Notes: generated from the letters alone by a model not told the origin. Shown: positions 18,468 through 28,690, counted from the first letter of the stretch. The stretch is DNA of 64,000 bases from an uncultured beta proteobacterium (GCA_963842555.1 CAWJHB010000004.1:21146-85145); one strand, 5' to 3'. Program-made: numbers and translations.

Positions 18468-19274
18468 TCAAGCCGTGGATGACTTCAGGCGGGCGGTCAG
18501 GTGCGGCGCCATCACCTGCAATAAAAGCGGATGGATATTGGGATTGCCCGCGCACAAGTGGCCGGTCTTCAGGAAAGTATCGGAGCCGTGCAGGTCGCTG
18601 ACCATGCCGCCGGCTTCGGTGATCAGCAGCGTGCCTGCCGCGATGTCCCAGGGTTTGAGTCCGGTCTCGAAAAAGCCGTCGTAGCGTCCGGCCGCCATCC
18701 ATGCGAGGTCCAGCGCAGCGGAGCCCGGGCGGCGCAGGCCCGCGGTTTGCTGCATCAGTTCCCTGAAAATGGCGAGGTAGGCATCGATGTGTTCGAATTT
18801 GGTGTAGGGGAAACCGGTGCCGATCAGGCTGTCGGCAAGATGCAGCCGCTTGCTTACGCGCAGGCGCTTGTCGTTCAGGAACGCGCCGCGTCCGCGCGTG
18901 GCGGTGAACAGCTCGTTCTTGGTCGGGTCGTAGACCACGGCCTGGGTGACGATGCCCCTGTGCTGCAACGCGATGGACACGGCAAATTGGGGAATACCAT
19001 GCAGAAAGTTGGTCGTGCCGTCGAGCGGATCGATGATCCAGAGAAACTCCGATTCGCCTTGGGAGCCGCTCTCTTCTGCTAGAATCGCGTGGTCCGGATA
19101 GGCATCCAGCAGGGTCTGGATGATGGTTTGCTCGGCGGCGCGGTCGACTTCGCTGACATAATCCGCGTGGGATTTCTTGCTGATGGTGAGGTGGTCGATT
19201 TTGTCGGCGGAGCGGTGAATCAGATTGCCGGCGCGACGTGCGGCTTTCACCGCGATGTTGAGCATGTGATGCAT
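18468..19274 (-). CDS. suhB: Inositol monophosphatase family protein
   Basis: [12 protein letters not shown] and [12 protein letters not shown] motifs. Divergent from trmJ, as in E. coli. Confidence 0.9.
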   Translation of the reverse strand: MHHMLNIAVKAARRAGNLIHRSADKIDHLTISKKSHADYVSEVDRAAEQTIIQTLLDAYPDHAILAEESGSQGESEFLWIIDPLDGTTNFLHGIPQFAVSIALQHRGIVTQAVVYDPTKNELFTATRGRGAFLNDKRLRVSKRLHLADSLIGTGFPYTKFEHIDAYLAIFRELMQQTAGLRRPGSAALDLAWMAAGRYDGFFETGLKPWDIAAGTLLITEAGGMVSDLHGSDTFLKTGHLCAGNPNIHPLLLQVMAPHLTARLKSSTA

Positions 19275-19290
19275 GGTTGCCTTAGGTTTA

Positions 19291-20106
19291 ATGAGCGGTC
19301 GGAAGATTCCGGTTGTCTATTTTAGTTGGAAAAAGGCTTTGCATAAACAAAATCCTTTTGAGCATATCAGGGTCGTCCTCAGCCATACCACGCATCCTGG
19401 CAACATTGGCGCGGCCGCGCGGGCGATGAAGACCATGGGTTTGCGCCGCCTGTACCTGATCAACCCGCGCCATTTCCCCGATCCCCAGGCCGATGCAATG
19501 GCGGCCGGAGCCGACGATGTGCTGCGCGATGCGGTGGTGTGCGGCGATATCGACGAGGCCCTGCATGGCGTGGTGTACACGGTCGCGATGACGGCGCGAT
19601 TGCGCGATATTTCGATCGAGGTGAAGACCCCGCGCGAGGCGATGCCGCTGGTGCTGCAGCAGGCCGCAACCCAGCGCGTTGCATTGCTGTTCGGCACGGA
19701 GATGTCCGGGTTGACCAACGAGGAGATGGGCAAGGCCCAGGTGCTGGTGAACATCCCCGCGCATCCGGATTTTTCCTCGCTGAACATTGCGGCGGCGGTC
19801 CAGGTAATGGCCTATGAGCTGGTTGTGGCAGCGCAGGATTATGTGCCGAGCGTGCCCGAAATCCATCCCGCAGCGCATGAGCAGGTGGAGGGTTTCTTTG
19901 AACACATGGAAAAGACCCTGTTCGAGATCGGATTTTTGACCACGCAAAATCCTGCCCGGCTGATGCAGCGTCTGCGCCGCCTGTATGCGCGGGCGAGGCT
20001 GGAGCAGGAGGAGATCAACATCCTGCGCGGCATATTGAGCATCGCCACCGAGTATAATGCGCGCCTTCGGGCACGTTACCGGCAGGAACATAAAGGGCGT
20101 TCCTGA
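19291..20106 (+). CDS. trmJ: tRNA (cytidine/uridine-2'-O)-methyltransferase TrmJ (start uncertain: 19291 ATG or 19339 TTG)
   Basis: SpoU-type motifs [16 protein letters not shown] and [14 protein letters not shown]. Confidence 0.8.
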   Translation: MSGRKIPVVYFSWKKALHKQNPFEHIRVVLSHTTHPGNIGAAARAMKTMGLRRLYLINPRHFPDPQADAMAAGADDVLRDAVVCGDIDEALHGVVYTVAMTARLRDISIEVKTPREAMPLVLQQAATQRVALLFGTEMSGLTNEEMGKAQVLVNIPAHPDFSSLNIAAAVQVMAYELVVAAQDYVPSVPEIHPAAHEQVEGFFEHMEKTLFEIGFLTTQNPARLMQRLRRLYARARLEQEEINILRGILSIATEYNARLRARYRQEHKGRS

Positions 20107-20170
20107 CAAACCGGCTTTGCCCACGCCTTGCTTGGCCAGGAAACTTGAATGATTTGAGGCACCTTACAAG

Positions 20171-20905
20171 ATGTTTAAAAATATCCGGGAAGATATAGCC
20201 AGCATTTTCGACCGCGATCCGGCGGCACGCAGTACCTTCGAGGTGCTGACCTGCTACCCGGGCCTGCATGCCCGCATCATCCATCGCATGTCGAACACGC
20301 TGTGGCACGCCGATCTCAAATGGCTGGCGCGCTTCCTGTCGCACATCGCGCGCTGTCTGACCGGTATCGAGATCCATCCCGGCGCGACGATCGGGAGGCG
20401 TTTCTTCATCGATCATGGCATGGGTGTGGTGATCGGCGAAACCGCGCATATAGGGGATGATGTGACCTTGTACCACGGCGTCACCCTGGGCGGCACGTCA
20501 TGGAAGGAAGGCAAGCGCCATCCCACTGTTGGCAACGGCGTGGTGGTGGGAGCAGGGGCCAAGATACTCGGCCCGATCAGCATCGGCGACGGTGCGAAGA
20601 TCGGTTCCAATGCGGTGGTGGTCAAGGATGTTCCCGCCGGCGCGACAGCGACCGGCATCCCGGCGCGGATCCTCGATGAGGAAAAAAAGAACGCGGCTGC
20701 AGGTTTCAATGCCTACGGTATCGGCAATGACCAGAATGATCCGGTCAACAAGGCATTGCACGGCCTGATCGGGCATAGCGTAACGGTGGATCAGCGTATC
20801 GAATTCATCCTGCAACAGCTCGAGAAGATGGGGGTGCGCGTGGATGAGGAGCGCGCCACTGCCGACAAATTCGATCCCAATCACCTGAACAAGATTGTTG
20901 ACTAA
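20171..20905 (+). CDS. cysE: Serine O-acetyltransferase
   Basis: Hexapeptide-repeat core [28 protein letters not shown]. Confidence 0.9.
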   Translation: MFKNIREDIASIFDRDPAARSTFEVLTCYPGLHARIIHRMSNTLWHADLKWLARFLSHIARCLTGIEIHPGATIGRRFFIDHGMGVVIGETAHIGDDVTLYHGVTLGGTSWKEGKRHPTVGNGVVVGAGAKILGPISIGDGAKIGSNAVVVKDVPAGATATGIPARILDEEKKNAAAGFNAYGIGNDQNDPVNKALHGLIGHSVTVDQRIEFILQQLEKMGVRVDEERATADKFDPNHLNKIVD

Positions 20906-20994
20906 AATAGACGGGTATTCTATGATTCCCGCGAACGACATTCGTGCCGATACCAAAGGCCGTATCGAACTCTATCTAATGACTGGGAGATGAC

Positions 20995-21468
20995 ATGCGA
21001 TTAACAACCAAAGGACGTTTTGCGGTGACTGCCATGGCCGACCTAGCGATGCGCGGTGGAAAAGCGCCGGTGACGCTGGCGGCCATTAGCGAAAGGCAGA
21101 AAATTTCCCTTTCCTATCTCGAGCAATTGTTCGGCAAGCTGCGCAGGAACAATATCGTCGAAAGCGTGCGCGGACCCGGTGGCGGCTATTATCTGGCGCG
21201 CCCGAGCAGCAAGATTTCCATCGCCGAAATCGTGACTGCGGTGGATGAGCCGCTGGATGCGACCAAATGCGGCGGTATGGGCAACTGCCAGGGCGACCAG
21301 CAGCCCTGCATCACACATGACTTGTGGATGGGGCTGAATGAGAAAATCTACAGTTATCTGGAGGAGGTCACGCTCCAGCAACTGGTGGACAGCCATACCC
21401 GGCGCAAACCCGATTCCGCGCCGATTTCCCTGAACAGGTTGGTCAAACCGGAGAATGTCCCGGCCTGA
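20995..21468 (+). CDS. iscR: Rrf2-family Fe-S cluster regulator, IscR-like
   Basis: Rrf2 HTH N-terminus. Cluster ligands C-x5-C-x6-C-x2-H (KCGGMGNCQGDQQPCITH). Confidence 0.8.
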   Translation: MRLTTKGRFAVTAMADLAMRGGKAPVTLAAISERQKISLSYLEQLFGKLRRNNIVESVRGPGGGYYLARPSSKISIAEIVTAVDEPLDATKCGGMGNCQGDQQPCITHDLWMGLNEKIYSYLEEVTLQQLVDSHTRRKPDSAPISLNRLVKPENVPA

Positions 21469-21672
21469 AAATCCGGCGGGTGACGGTTGTTTGCAAATAT
21501 CTGTCGCCTGCCCGGCTCATTCTGCAAGCGCATTGATGCGCCTGCTCTGGAAGGATAGAATCCCTGCCTCTTAAAGCCGGCAATATTCCTGTTGGCATGT
21601 GATTCTGCACGAAAGACTGCAGGTGTTGCCTGTTGTGTAGTTCCCGGAATAAATTGCCATACAAAGGTGCGC

Positions 21673-22188
21673 ATGAACATGGTTAAACTTTGGCAAGGCT
21701 TATCCAATCGCTGGCTGTATCTGGCAGGGGCCCTGTTTGCCGGCAGCCTGATCGGCTTTGCTCTATATCTGCAATACGTGGAACATCAGGACCCTTGTCC
21801 TTTGTGCATGGTGCAGCGCGTGTTTTTCATTGCCATCCTGGCGGTGTTCGCGCTGGCCGTATTGCACGGGCCCAAGCGCATTGGTGAGCGCATATACGCG
21901 GCGCTGATCGTGTTGCTGTCTTTGTCTGGCGTGGGCGTGGCGTCGCGCCACATCTGGATTCAGCACCTGCCCGCTGACCAGGTGCCCGCATGCGGGCCGG
22001 GCCTGGATTACATGCTCGAGACCATGCCGATGTCCAACGTGCTGAAAGAACTGATGCACGGCTCCGGAGAATGCGCCGCAAAAGGTTGGACTTTCCTCAC
22101 GCTCGGCATCCCGGAGTGGTCGCTGCTGTGCTACTTGGCACTCGGCTTGTGGGCGGTGTTGATCGCTGCCAAGACACCTGCGAAATAA
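21673..22188 (+). CDS. dsbB: Disulfide bond formation protein B
   Basis: Four TM segments. CPLC first Cys pair and a second periplasmic Cys pair. Confidence 0.8.
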   Translation: MNMVKLWQGLSNRWLYLAGALFAGSLIGFALYLQYVEHQDPCPLCMVQRVFFIAILAVFALAVLHGPKRIGERIYAALIVLLSLSGVGVASRHIWIQHLPADQVPACGPGLDYMLETMPMSNVLKELMHGSGECAAKGWTFLTLGIPEWSLLCYLALGLWAVLIAAKTPAK

Positions 22189-22215
22189 AAGTCATCCCGC
22201 ATAAGCCGATTTAAC

Positions 22216-22250
22216 GGGCCGGTACCGGTCATCCCTGCCGGTATCGGCCC
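22216..22250. terminator. Hairpin between convergent dsbB and GST genes
   Basis: GGGCCGGTACCGG ... CCGGTATCGGCCC imperfect stem. No clear U-tract. Confidence 0.35.
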
Positions 22251-22287
22251 TCGCCATCAGTTCCGGTTCAATCCCGAATAGCGCGGC

Positions 22288-22896
22288 TCATTCCGCCAAC
22301 ACGGCATGCACGCTGTCGCGCCCGCGGATGCGCGTGAACCATTCCGCTAGATTGGGGTGCGGGCCGCGCCAGTCGCGTTCGGGCTGGCGCAGGTCCAGAT
22401 AGATCAGCGCGCTCACCAGTGCCAGATCGGCCAGCGTGACCGATGTTCCCTCGCACCATTGATGCCTGCCCAGTTGTTCGGAGGAAAAAGACAGCGCGCG
22501 CGTGATGGCATTGTTATGCACGTCCAGAGTGGCTGCTTGCTGGTGTTCCGCGGGGCGCAAGCGTTCCGTGCGAACCACAACGGCCGAATCCATGATGCCG
22601 TCCGCCAGCGCCTCCCAGCGTTTGACGCGCATCCGGGCAAGCGCGTGTTTGCGCGGGATCAGAATCGGCGTGTCGTTCAGGGTGTCGGCATACTCCGCGA
22701 TCACAGGCGAATCGAACACACAGGTCTCGTCATCGAGTATCAGCGCCGGGATACGTCCGAGCGGATTGACGCGCGCTACCTGGCTGCCCGGTTCGCGGGG
22801 CGGGTCGACCAGATAATCGTGGGGGATTGCTTTTTCCAGCAGGAGCAAGCGCACCTTGCGCACATAGGGGCTGGTGTTGGTTCCTAAAAGTATCAT
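22288..22896 (-). CDS. Glutathione S-transferase
   Basis: Start at MILLGTNTSPYVRKV inside ORF 22288..22929. GST N- and C-terminal domain pattern. Confidence 0.8.
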   Translation of the reverse strand: MILLGTNTSPYVRKVRLLLLEKAIPHDYLVDPPREPGSQVARVNPLGRIPALILDDETCVFDSPVIAEYADTLNDTPILIPRKHALARMRVKRWEALADGIMDSAVVVRTERLRPAEHQQAATLDVHNNAITRALSFSSEQLGRHQWCEGTSVTLADLALVSALIYLDLRQPERDWRGPHPNLAEWFTRIRGRDSVHAVLAE

Positions 22897-22977
22897 CGTT
22901 GGCCTCCGCCGGAGCATCAAATATTGCAACAGCGCTACGATCCGTTCAGCAGGGTCGTTGCGGGGTTGATCCAGAAT

Positions 22978-23199
22978 CTATTTTGTCAGTTTGTCCTGCA
23001 ATGCCTGGCCGGATTTTTCCAGCGCCTGTCCGCCCTTTTCCAGCGTTTCCCCGGTCACGCTTTTGAGTTTCTGATTCAGCGTGTGGGCGTCAAACGGATT
23101 CGAGTACAGGGGCACCTCGCGTCCGATGTTCACGCCGAGCCACAATCCGACTGCGAGACCCAGCAAGACGCTGATTAAAATTGTTTTAAGCAGTTTCAT
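22978..23199 (-). CDS. Small membrane-anchored protein with a repeated GQALEK motif
   Basis: MKLLKTILISVLLGLAVGLWLGV TM helix inside ORF 22978..23277. Confidence 0.5.
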   Translation of the reverse strand: MKLLKTILISVLLGLAVGLWLGVNIGREVPLYSNPFDAHTLNQKLKSVTGETLEKGGQALEKSGQALQDKLTK

Positions 23200-23551
23200 T
23201 ATTTCCTCCAGTATTACACCAAAAAAGCAATGGAAAAAAACACGCCGGTAGTCATCTCGGTCTTGCCAGCAAAGCATGGATTATAGGGCATGCAGATGTC
23301 GCTTATTCGTGATTATCGGATTCCGTTTTGTCATTATCGAGTATATAGCCAAATTTTAACTTCCGTAATCTGATCGAGGGAATTTGCGTTTTCAGAATGA
23401 ATGAAACACTTGGGATGCTGATAATTCAAGACAATCTGGCGATCGGTTAGAGCCAGACTCGGGGCATTCGGGACAGCTTCGTCATGTTGCAAGTTGCACC
23501 TGCGCCATGAATAGACCGCGAGTCCGATTCAGTCAGAGGGGTGGGTTAAAT

Positions 23552-25228
23552 CTAGAGTGTCAGGGCCGCATAAATCCTAAGCATTTTTTCAGGCAGCGTC
23601 TTGACATGATCCACCACCATATAGTTCTTGGCGCCGAATATCCTCGAGATATATTCATCCGCCTTGGGGTCGAGGCCGATGCAATAGGTATGGATGCCGC
23701 ATTGCTGTGCCTCGATCACTGCGTGCTTCAGGTCGTAGCGCAGGTAATGCCGGTCGGGCATGTCGATGTCTGCTGGCGCCCCGTCGGTGATGGTCATCAG
23801 CAGCTTCTTGCCGGAATGGTGCTCGTTGAGGTGGCGGGTGGCATGGCGTATCGCGGCGCCCATGCGGGTCGAACGGTCGCCCGACATGCCGGCGATTCTG
23901 GCTTTCGCAACGTCATCATACGGCTGGTCGAAGTCCTTGAACCTGAAATAATCGACGTCCTGGCGGCCCCTGGAATTGAAACCATGGATCGCCAGCGGAT
24001 CACCGACCGCCTCGATCGCCTCCGCAAACAGCACGCAAACCTTCTGCGTGAGCTGCAGCACGGTATAGTCCTGCCCCTTGATGCGCTGGTTTGCCGAACC
24101 GGATAGGTCCAGCAGCAGCAGCACAGAAATGTCCCGGATCTTGCGCAATGAGCTCATCATCACCCGGTCGTCGGGCATGATGCCCAGCCTGAAATCGATC
24201 AGCGCGCGTATCGCGGCATTGATGTCGATCTCGTCTCCTTCCTGCTGTTTCCTGATGCGCCGCACGCCCTTGTACTGGATTGCCAGCAGAAGATTCTTCA
24301 TGCGCGTGATCACATGCCTGTTTTGCGCGGTAATGTCCTCGATGATTTCAAGTTCGCCCGTCGCGGCTTCCCTTTCCCGCAGGGTGACCCAGGAAGGCGT
24401 GCTGACTTCGCTGCGGTAATCCCATTCGGGATAGAGATAGGTGTCGGCCGCGGCGGCATCCTTGATGCGCATTTGCAAGTGGGTATACTTTTTGTCCTCT
24501 TCGGTGCCGGACAGCGTCTTTTCAGAGGCGATCAATTTTAGCCAGGGCACGTCCAGCGGGTCAATGGAATCCGAATTTGCCGATTCCCAGAAACTGCGGT
24601 TGTCGTCGCGGTAGGGCGGGGCGGTCTCGACGGCGGGGTCCTGAAACCTGAGCTTTCGGTGCATGAACGCCTGCTCGAGCCGCAATCCGAGGTCCCAGGA
24701 AAAGTTGTATGCCTCCAGGTCGTCAGCAGCCCGGAACAGCGTGCGTCCCTGGCTGATCCAGGGATCGTCATCCCGGTAGTCCTCATCGAGCAGTGCCCGC
24801 GCCAGCCGGTTGAGGTAATCCGCGGCGGTCCGGTTTTGCGACGGGGTGGCGCTGTGCTGCCGGGTCCAGAGCGGCTTGAGGCCGGGGAATTCGCGTATCG
24901 CCAGGGCTTCCACGCGCGCATCCTCGATCGTCGCGATCACCGCGCGCTGCCAATCGTTGGCCAGCCTGTCCGGGAATTGCTGCGTCGAGTAAATGATGTG
25001 TGCTGCGGCATGGGTTGCAGCCGCGCGATAGATTTCCATTCCGGTATGGCGCGTCACGCCATCCTGCACGAAATCGTCGATATAGGCGGGCAGGTTGATG
25101 GAGGTCTTTTCCACGAAAGGCTCCCGTGTCTCACCGGCGTCGCGTTTGACATTGATCGGCTTGATCACAAAATCGCTGCCCCATAACGCTTGCAGATATA
25201 TCCTGATGCGCCGCTGGATGTCGCTCAA
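23552..25228 (-). CDS. NorD/CbbO-like von Willebrand factor A protein (no cognate AAA+ NorQ/CbbQ gene in the window)
   Basis: C-terminal VWA domain with MIDAS LLLDLSGS...T...TDG. NorD-like N-terminal region. Annotated start is a TTG; see the C7 tract finding. Confidence 0.75.
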   Translation of the reverse strand: MSDIQRRIRIYLQALWGSDFVIKPINVKRDAGETREPFVEKTSINLPAYIDDFVQDGVTRHTGMEIYRAAATHAAAHIIYSTQQFPDRLANDWQRAVIATIEDARVEALAIREFPGLKPLWTRQHSATPSQNRTAADYLNRLARALLDEDYRDDDPWISQGRTLFRAADDLEAYNFSWDLGLRLEQAFMHRKLRFQDPAVETAPPYRDDNRSFWESANSDSIDPLDVPWLKLIASEKTLSGTEEDKKYTHLQMRIKDAAAADTYLYPEWDYRSEVSTPSWVTLREREAATGELEIIEDITAQNRHVITRMKNLLLAIQYKGVRRIRKQQEGDEIDINAAIRALIDFRLGIMPDDRVMMSSLRKIRDISVLLLLDLSGSANQRIKGQDYTVLQLTQKVCVLFAEAIEAVGDPLAIHGFNSRGRQDVDYFRFKDFDQPYDDVAKARIAGMSGDRSTRMGAAIRHATRHLNEHHSGKKLLMTITDGAPADIDMPDRHYLRYDLKHAVIEAQQCGIHTYCIGLDPKADEYISRIFGAKNYMVVDHVKTLPEKMLRIYAALTL

Positions 25229-25526
25229 TTCGGTCCGGTTGCGGATTTCCGGCAGGTCGGGGGGGCTGAGACGGCCGGGCGGCCGAAATATTCCCGCAAT
25301 CCGCGGAGCAGGCTGGCAGGGGTGAATTTCATCGGAGAAATACGGACCGGTGTGAAGTCAGATTGGACCAGGCTGAATGCACAATCGGGATTTCATTTTT
25401 TTTCATTTCAGATACGGCTGTCATCAAATTGACCCGCATGCGCTGCCTTAACCCATCGGGAAGGCAGTTTGCGGGCATGCTGATTTTAAGCGCATTGGAT
25501 ATTTCGCTCAATTCCGGTCCTCGGAG

Positions 25527-26729
25527 CTAGTGCTTGCCGCGGGAGGCGATCGCGTCGGCAAGCGAGGTATATTTCTTCACGCATTGCCGCCAATTGCCGC
25601 TGGACGCATTGCCCGGGTCGAGCTGCAGATTGCAGTCGCATTTGCATGCCGATGCGCGGTAACACCCTGCAATGTTGTCGCCCTTGCACGACGCGATGAA
25701 CGTGGAACAGCGGCTGTCGCAGGCGCGCGCAACCATCTGGATCCGGTGCATCTGCTCCGGGGACAGCGGAGTCTGGACGGGCGGCTGGGTCGCGATGCCC
25801 CATCCCATCATCACGCATCCGTACAGGAAGATCAAACCGATCGGCCAGTTCAGGCGGGACAGGAATGCCCTGAACTTCTGTCCCATGGTGGGATCGCTTC
25901 CCCTTTTCCTGAGCTCGAAACGCAGCAACCCCGGCGTTCCGGCTTTCTCGTGCAAGCGGTCGCAGGCATCGATGCATTCCCCGCAACCGATGCACGCGTC
26001 GGCAATTTTTATATCGGTCGGCTGGATCGCGGTAATGCAGGATGTCGCACAGTAGTTGCACTTGGCGCAATCCGCCGAGCGTGATGCATCGTAGGTCACG
26101 TGCAGCGCATCCCGGGTCTTGAACAGCATGTGCCCCATGCGGTAAAAGCAGGCGTAATCGCAGAAGAAATAGCGGACGAACGCGATATCGATGAAGATCA
26201 GCAGCACCAGGAAATAATACGTGTACTTCATCGACTCGGCCATGTCCGGGCTGGCGCTGAAGGTGACGAATGCCCACATGTCGCCGCGCGGATAGAACAG
26301 CAGCATCGGCACGAGTGCCAGAACCATCGCTGCTGCCATGAAGATCGCACCGAGTATCAGCCAGTTGACCGCCTTGTTCTTCGCTGCGGCGACCACCATG
26401 CCCTTGCCGTCGACGCGCACGTCGGCGCGCTTGCCGAGGAATTTATAGGTCAGGTTGTTCGCCCATTCCGAGAGCAGGTTCTGCGGGCAGGCCCAGCCGC
26501 ACCAGACCGCGCCTACCGTCACATAGGTGATGATGGGAATGATTGCGACGACGATCGCGAGTCCGGAGATGAAGAAAAAATTCGACCACCAGATCTGATG
26601 ATTGAGCACCTGGAAGCTGGCCGAAGGCAGATCGATCCGGAACAACCCGAGGACCGGGATCAGCGAAATCAAAATCAGTGTGGCGATCTGTACGCTGCGC
26701 CTGGGGAAATGGTATTTGTTCGCGGGCAT
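25527..26729 (-). CDS. Membrane polyferredoxin (NapH/CcoG-like) with a Cys-rich C-terminal domain
   Basis: CGWACPQ motif. Two 4Fe-4S motifs (CAKCNYCATSC, CIGCGECIDAC). Multiple TM helices. Tail carries 9 further Cys. Confidence 0.75.
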   Translation of the reverse strand: MPANKYHFPRRSVQIATLILISLIPVLGLFRIDLPSASFQVLNHQIWWSNFFFISGLAIVVAIIPIITYVTVGAVWCGWACPQNLLSEWANNLTYKFLGKRADVRVDGKGMVVAAAKNKAVNWLILGAIFMAAAMVLALVPMLLFYPRGDMWAFVTFSASPDMAESMKYTYYFLVLLIFIDIAFVRYFFCDYACFYRMGHMLFKTRDALHVTYDASRSADCAKCNYCATSCITAIQPTDIKIADACIGCGECIDACDRLHEKAGTPGLLRFELRKRGSDPTMGQKFRAFLSRLNWPIGLIFLYGCVMMGWGIATQPPVQTPLSPEQMHRIQMVARACDSRCSTFIASCKGDNIAGCYRASACKCDCNLQLDPGNASSGNWRQCVKKYTSLADAIASRGKH

Positions 26730-26943
26730 ATTATTTTCTTGAAGTTATCTGTTCGGTTAAATCGCACGGATCGTGCTGTAGTACAAATCGACGGGCAGGG
26801 CGGCTCCCCGGCGCTGGAACAACCAAGGCAAATCAGTATTCCATTAAAGGCTTAATTTTATCGTGTTGCGGTAGGTTTATCCGGCCATCTTTGGATTTTT
26901 TATCGGGTGTCCGCAGCTTTTCTGGTCGTAGCCACGAACACTA

Positions 26944-27527
26944 TCAAGGAAGGTACTTATGGATACAGGCCGCGCCGGTCACCGTGCCGCCCTGGTTGAT
27001 GGAGCAGGTATCCATCATCCAGGCCATGGTCTGTTCGTTGGTGCCGACATCCGGCGCCGGGATATCCTTGCCCGGGCCGATCAGGATGCCGATCTCCGAG
27101 GTATAGCGGCGCGTCAGCCGTTCCAGCTCCGCCGTCGACAGTGATGCCGGATCTACGCGCACGCCGCCTTTTGCGCCGCCGTAGGGCAGGTTCAGCGCGG
27201 CATTCTTGATGGTCATCCAGCCCGCCAGTGCCATGACCTCATTCATGGTCACGCCCGGATGGAAACGCACGCCGCCCTTGCCGGGACCGCGGGAAAGATT
27301 GTGATGGACCCGAAAGCCCTCGAAATGCGCCAGCGACCCGTCATCGCGACGGATCGGTATGTCGACATTGAGCACCTTTTTCGGATGCTTCAGCGTTTCC
27401 AGCCAGTAGCCGAGCTTTCCGAGGTGCGGCGCCACGCGTCGATCTGCTCGATGAAGCTGGCCCAGGGCTGGGGCTGTGCGGGGTCGAGAAAAGACAGCAT
27501 CTTGCTTGCGGTGGTCTGAGTATTCAT
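26944..27527 (-). pseudogene. gdhA: Glutamate dehydrogenase remnant (N-terminal ~45 percent only, frameshifted)
   Basis: GAGGGG RBS plus ATG at 27527 gives [22 protein letters not shown]. The frame switches near 27436-27441 to RVAPHLGKL...KGGVRFHP...PYGGAKGG. Similarity ends after GGTVTG at about 26975. Confidence 0.75.
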
Positions 27528-27671
27528 GGTTTCCCCTCAACTGTCCGACGGAACGAAGATGCGCATGCGATAAATCAACCAGATATTTTTAAGTGTGCGC
27601 GCCAGAAAACATTAAAGAAAATGTCTGCACCGCAGTGGCCCAAGGACCAGTTTGTCGGAAATGGTTTTGGC

Positions 27672-28370
27672 TTATGAAGCAGTGGTCGGGAACGTCGCGA
27701 TTATCAGCGTGTGCAGGCCGTTCCAGCAGATCTGGACACCGATACACAGCAGGATGAATGCCGAGAGGCGAACCACCACACCGGTTCCGATCGGCCCCAG
27801 TCTCTTGGTGAGGCGATCAGCGTAACGGTAGCTGAGGTATACACTCAACACCACGATCAGGATGCCAAGCGCTTGCCCGAGCGCAGTCTCGACCAATGGG
27901 CGCAGTCCTTTGGCCGGGTTGGCGCCAAGTGTGAGGGCGACCGAGATCGAACCGGGGCCGACGGTAAGCGGCATCGTCAGCGGGTAGAACGCGCGCTGGC
28001 CAAGATCTTCCGCAGTTGCCGTCGTTGGCTCTTCCTGGGCAATAGCAGGCGGCGAATTGGGCCTGTTGAGCAGCGACCAGGCGATGGCGCAGATGACCAC
28101 ACCGCCGCCGATTTGGACCGCGGGTATGGATATGCCGAAGAAGTCTAGCACATAAGCGCCGATCAGAACCGACGCAATGAGGAGAAGAAAACTGTTGATC
28201 GCGACGGTCTTGGCCATCCGGACCCGCTCCGTTTGCGTCAGACCTGCCGTCATCGCGATAAAGATCGGCGCTCCGCCCAGCGGATCGACGATAGGCAACA
28301 ATGCCCCAACGGCTAGCAGGACCGTTGATGCGAAATGGCTGTAATCAAAAATGGCAGAAAATGGATGCAT
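27672..28370 (-). CDS. MarC family (UPF0056) membrane protein
   Basis: Six-TM profile and MarC-like sequence over the full length. Confidence 0.85.
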   Translation of the reverse strand: MHPFSAIFDYSHFASTVLLAVGALLPIVDPLGGAPIFIAMTAGLTQTERVRMAKTVAINSFLLLIASVLIGAYVLDFFGISIPAVQIGGGVVICAIAWSLLNRPNSPPAIAQEEPTTATAEDLGQRAFYPLTMPLTVGPGSISVALTLGANPAKGLRPLVETALGQALGILIVVLSVYLSYRYADRLTKRLGPIGTGVVVRLSAFILLCIGVQICWNGLHTLIIATFPTTAS

Positions 28371-28690
28371 GATGATCGTCTAGGATTGCTCAGGGGTTGT
28401 CCGGCGCATGACGGGGCACTGCTATTGCTCCATAAAAAAACCAATGCGCCAGTATTTCGCAGGGATGTCATGGTTCCCGCAAAAACCCGGCCGGATCATC
28501 GAGGAGAGAAGCATCATGTTCGCATCGTGCCGTTTGTCGAAGGTAAGATCAAGTTCAAATTCCGGCAAAGCCACAGTGCAGAAAGTCATGGCGGCTGATT
28601 GCCATTGGCCGGTGCGGCTTTCGTCCCTGACGGGGATTCGACTTTCTCCCCAAAATGAATGCTTGCCACCGATTTCATGGCCGACAGCAG

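Noticed and set aside
18016-18702. 228-aa ORF offered by the track as a single gene
   Set aside because: Its first 79 codons overlap the 3' end of suhB in another frame, and its last ~55 codons are Arg/His-rich nonsense. Only the middle part matches a thioesterase. It is reinterpreted as a frameshifted gene at 18024..18465.
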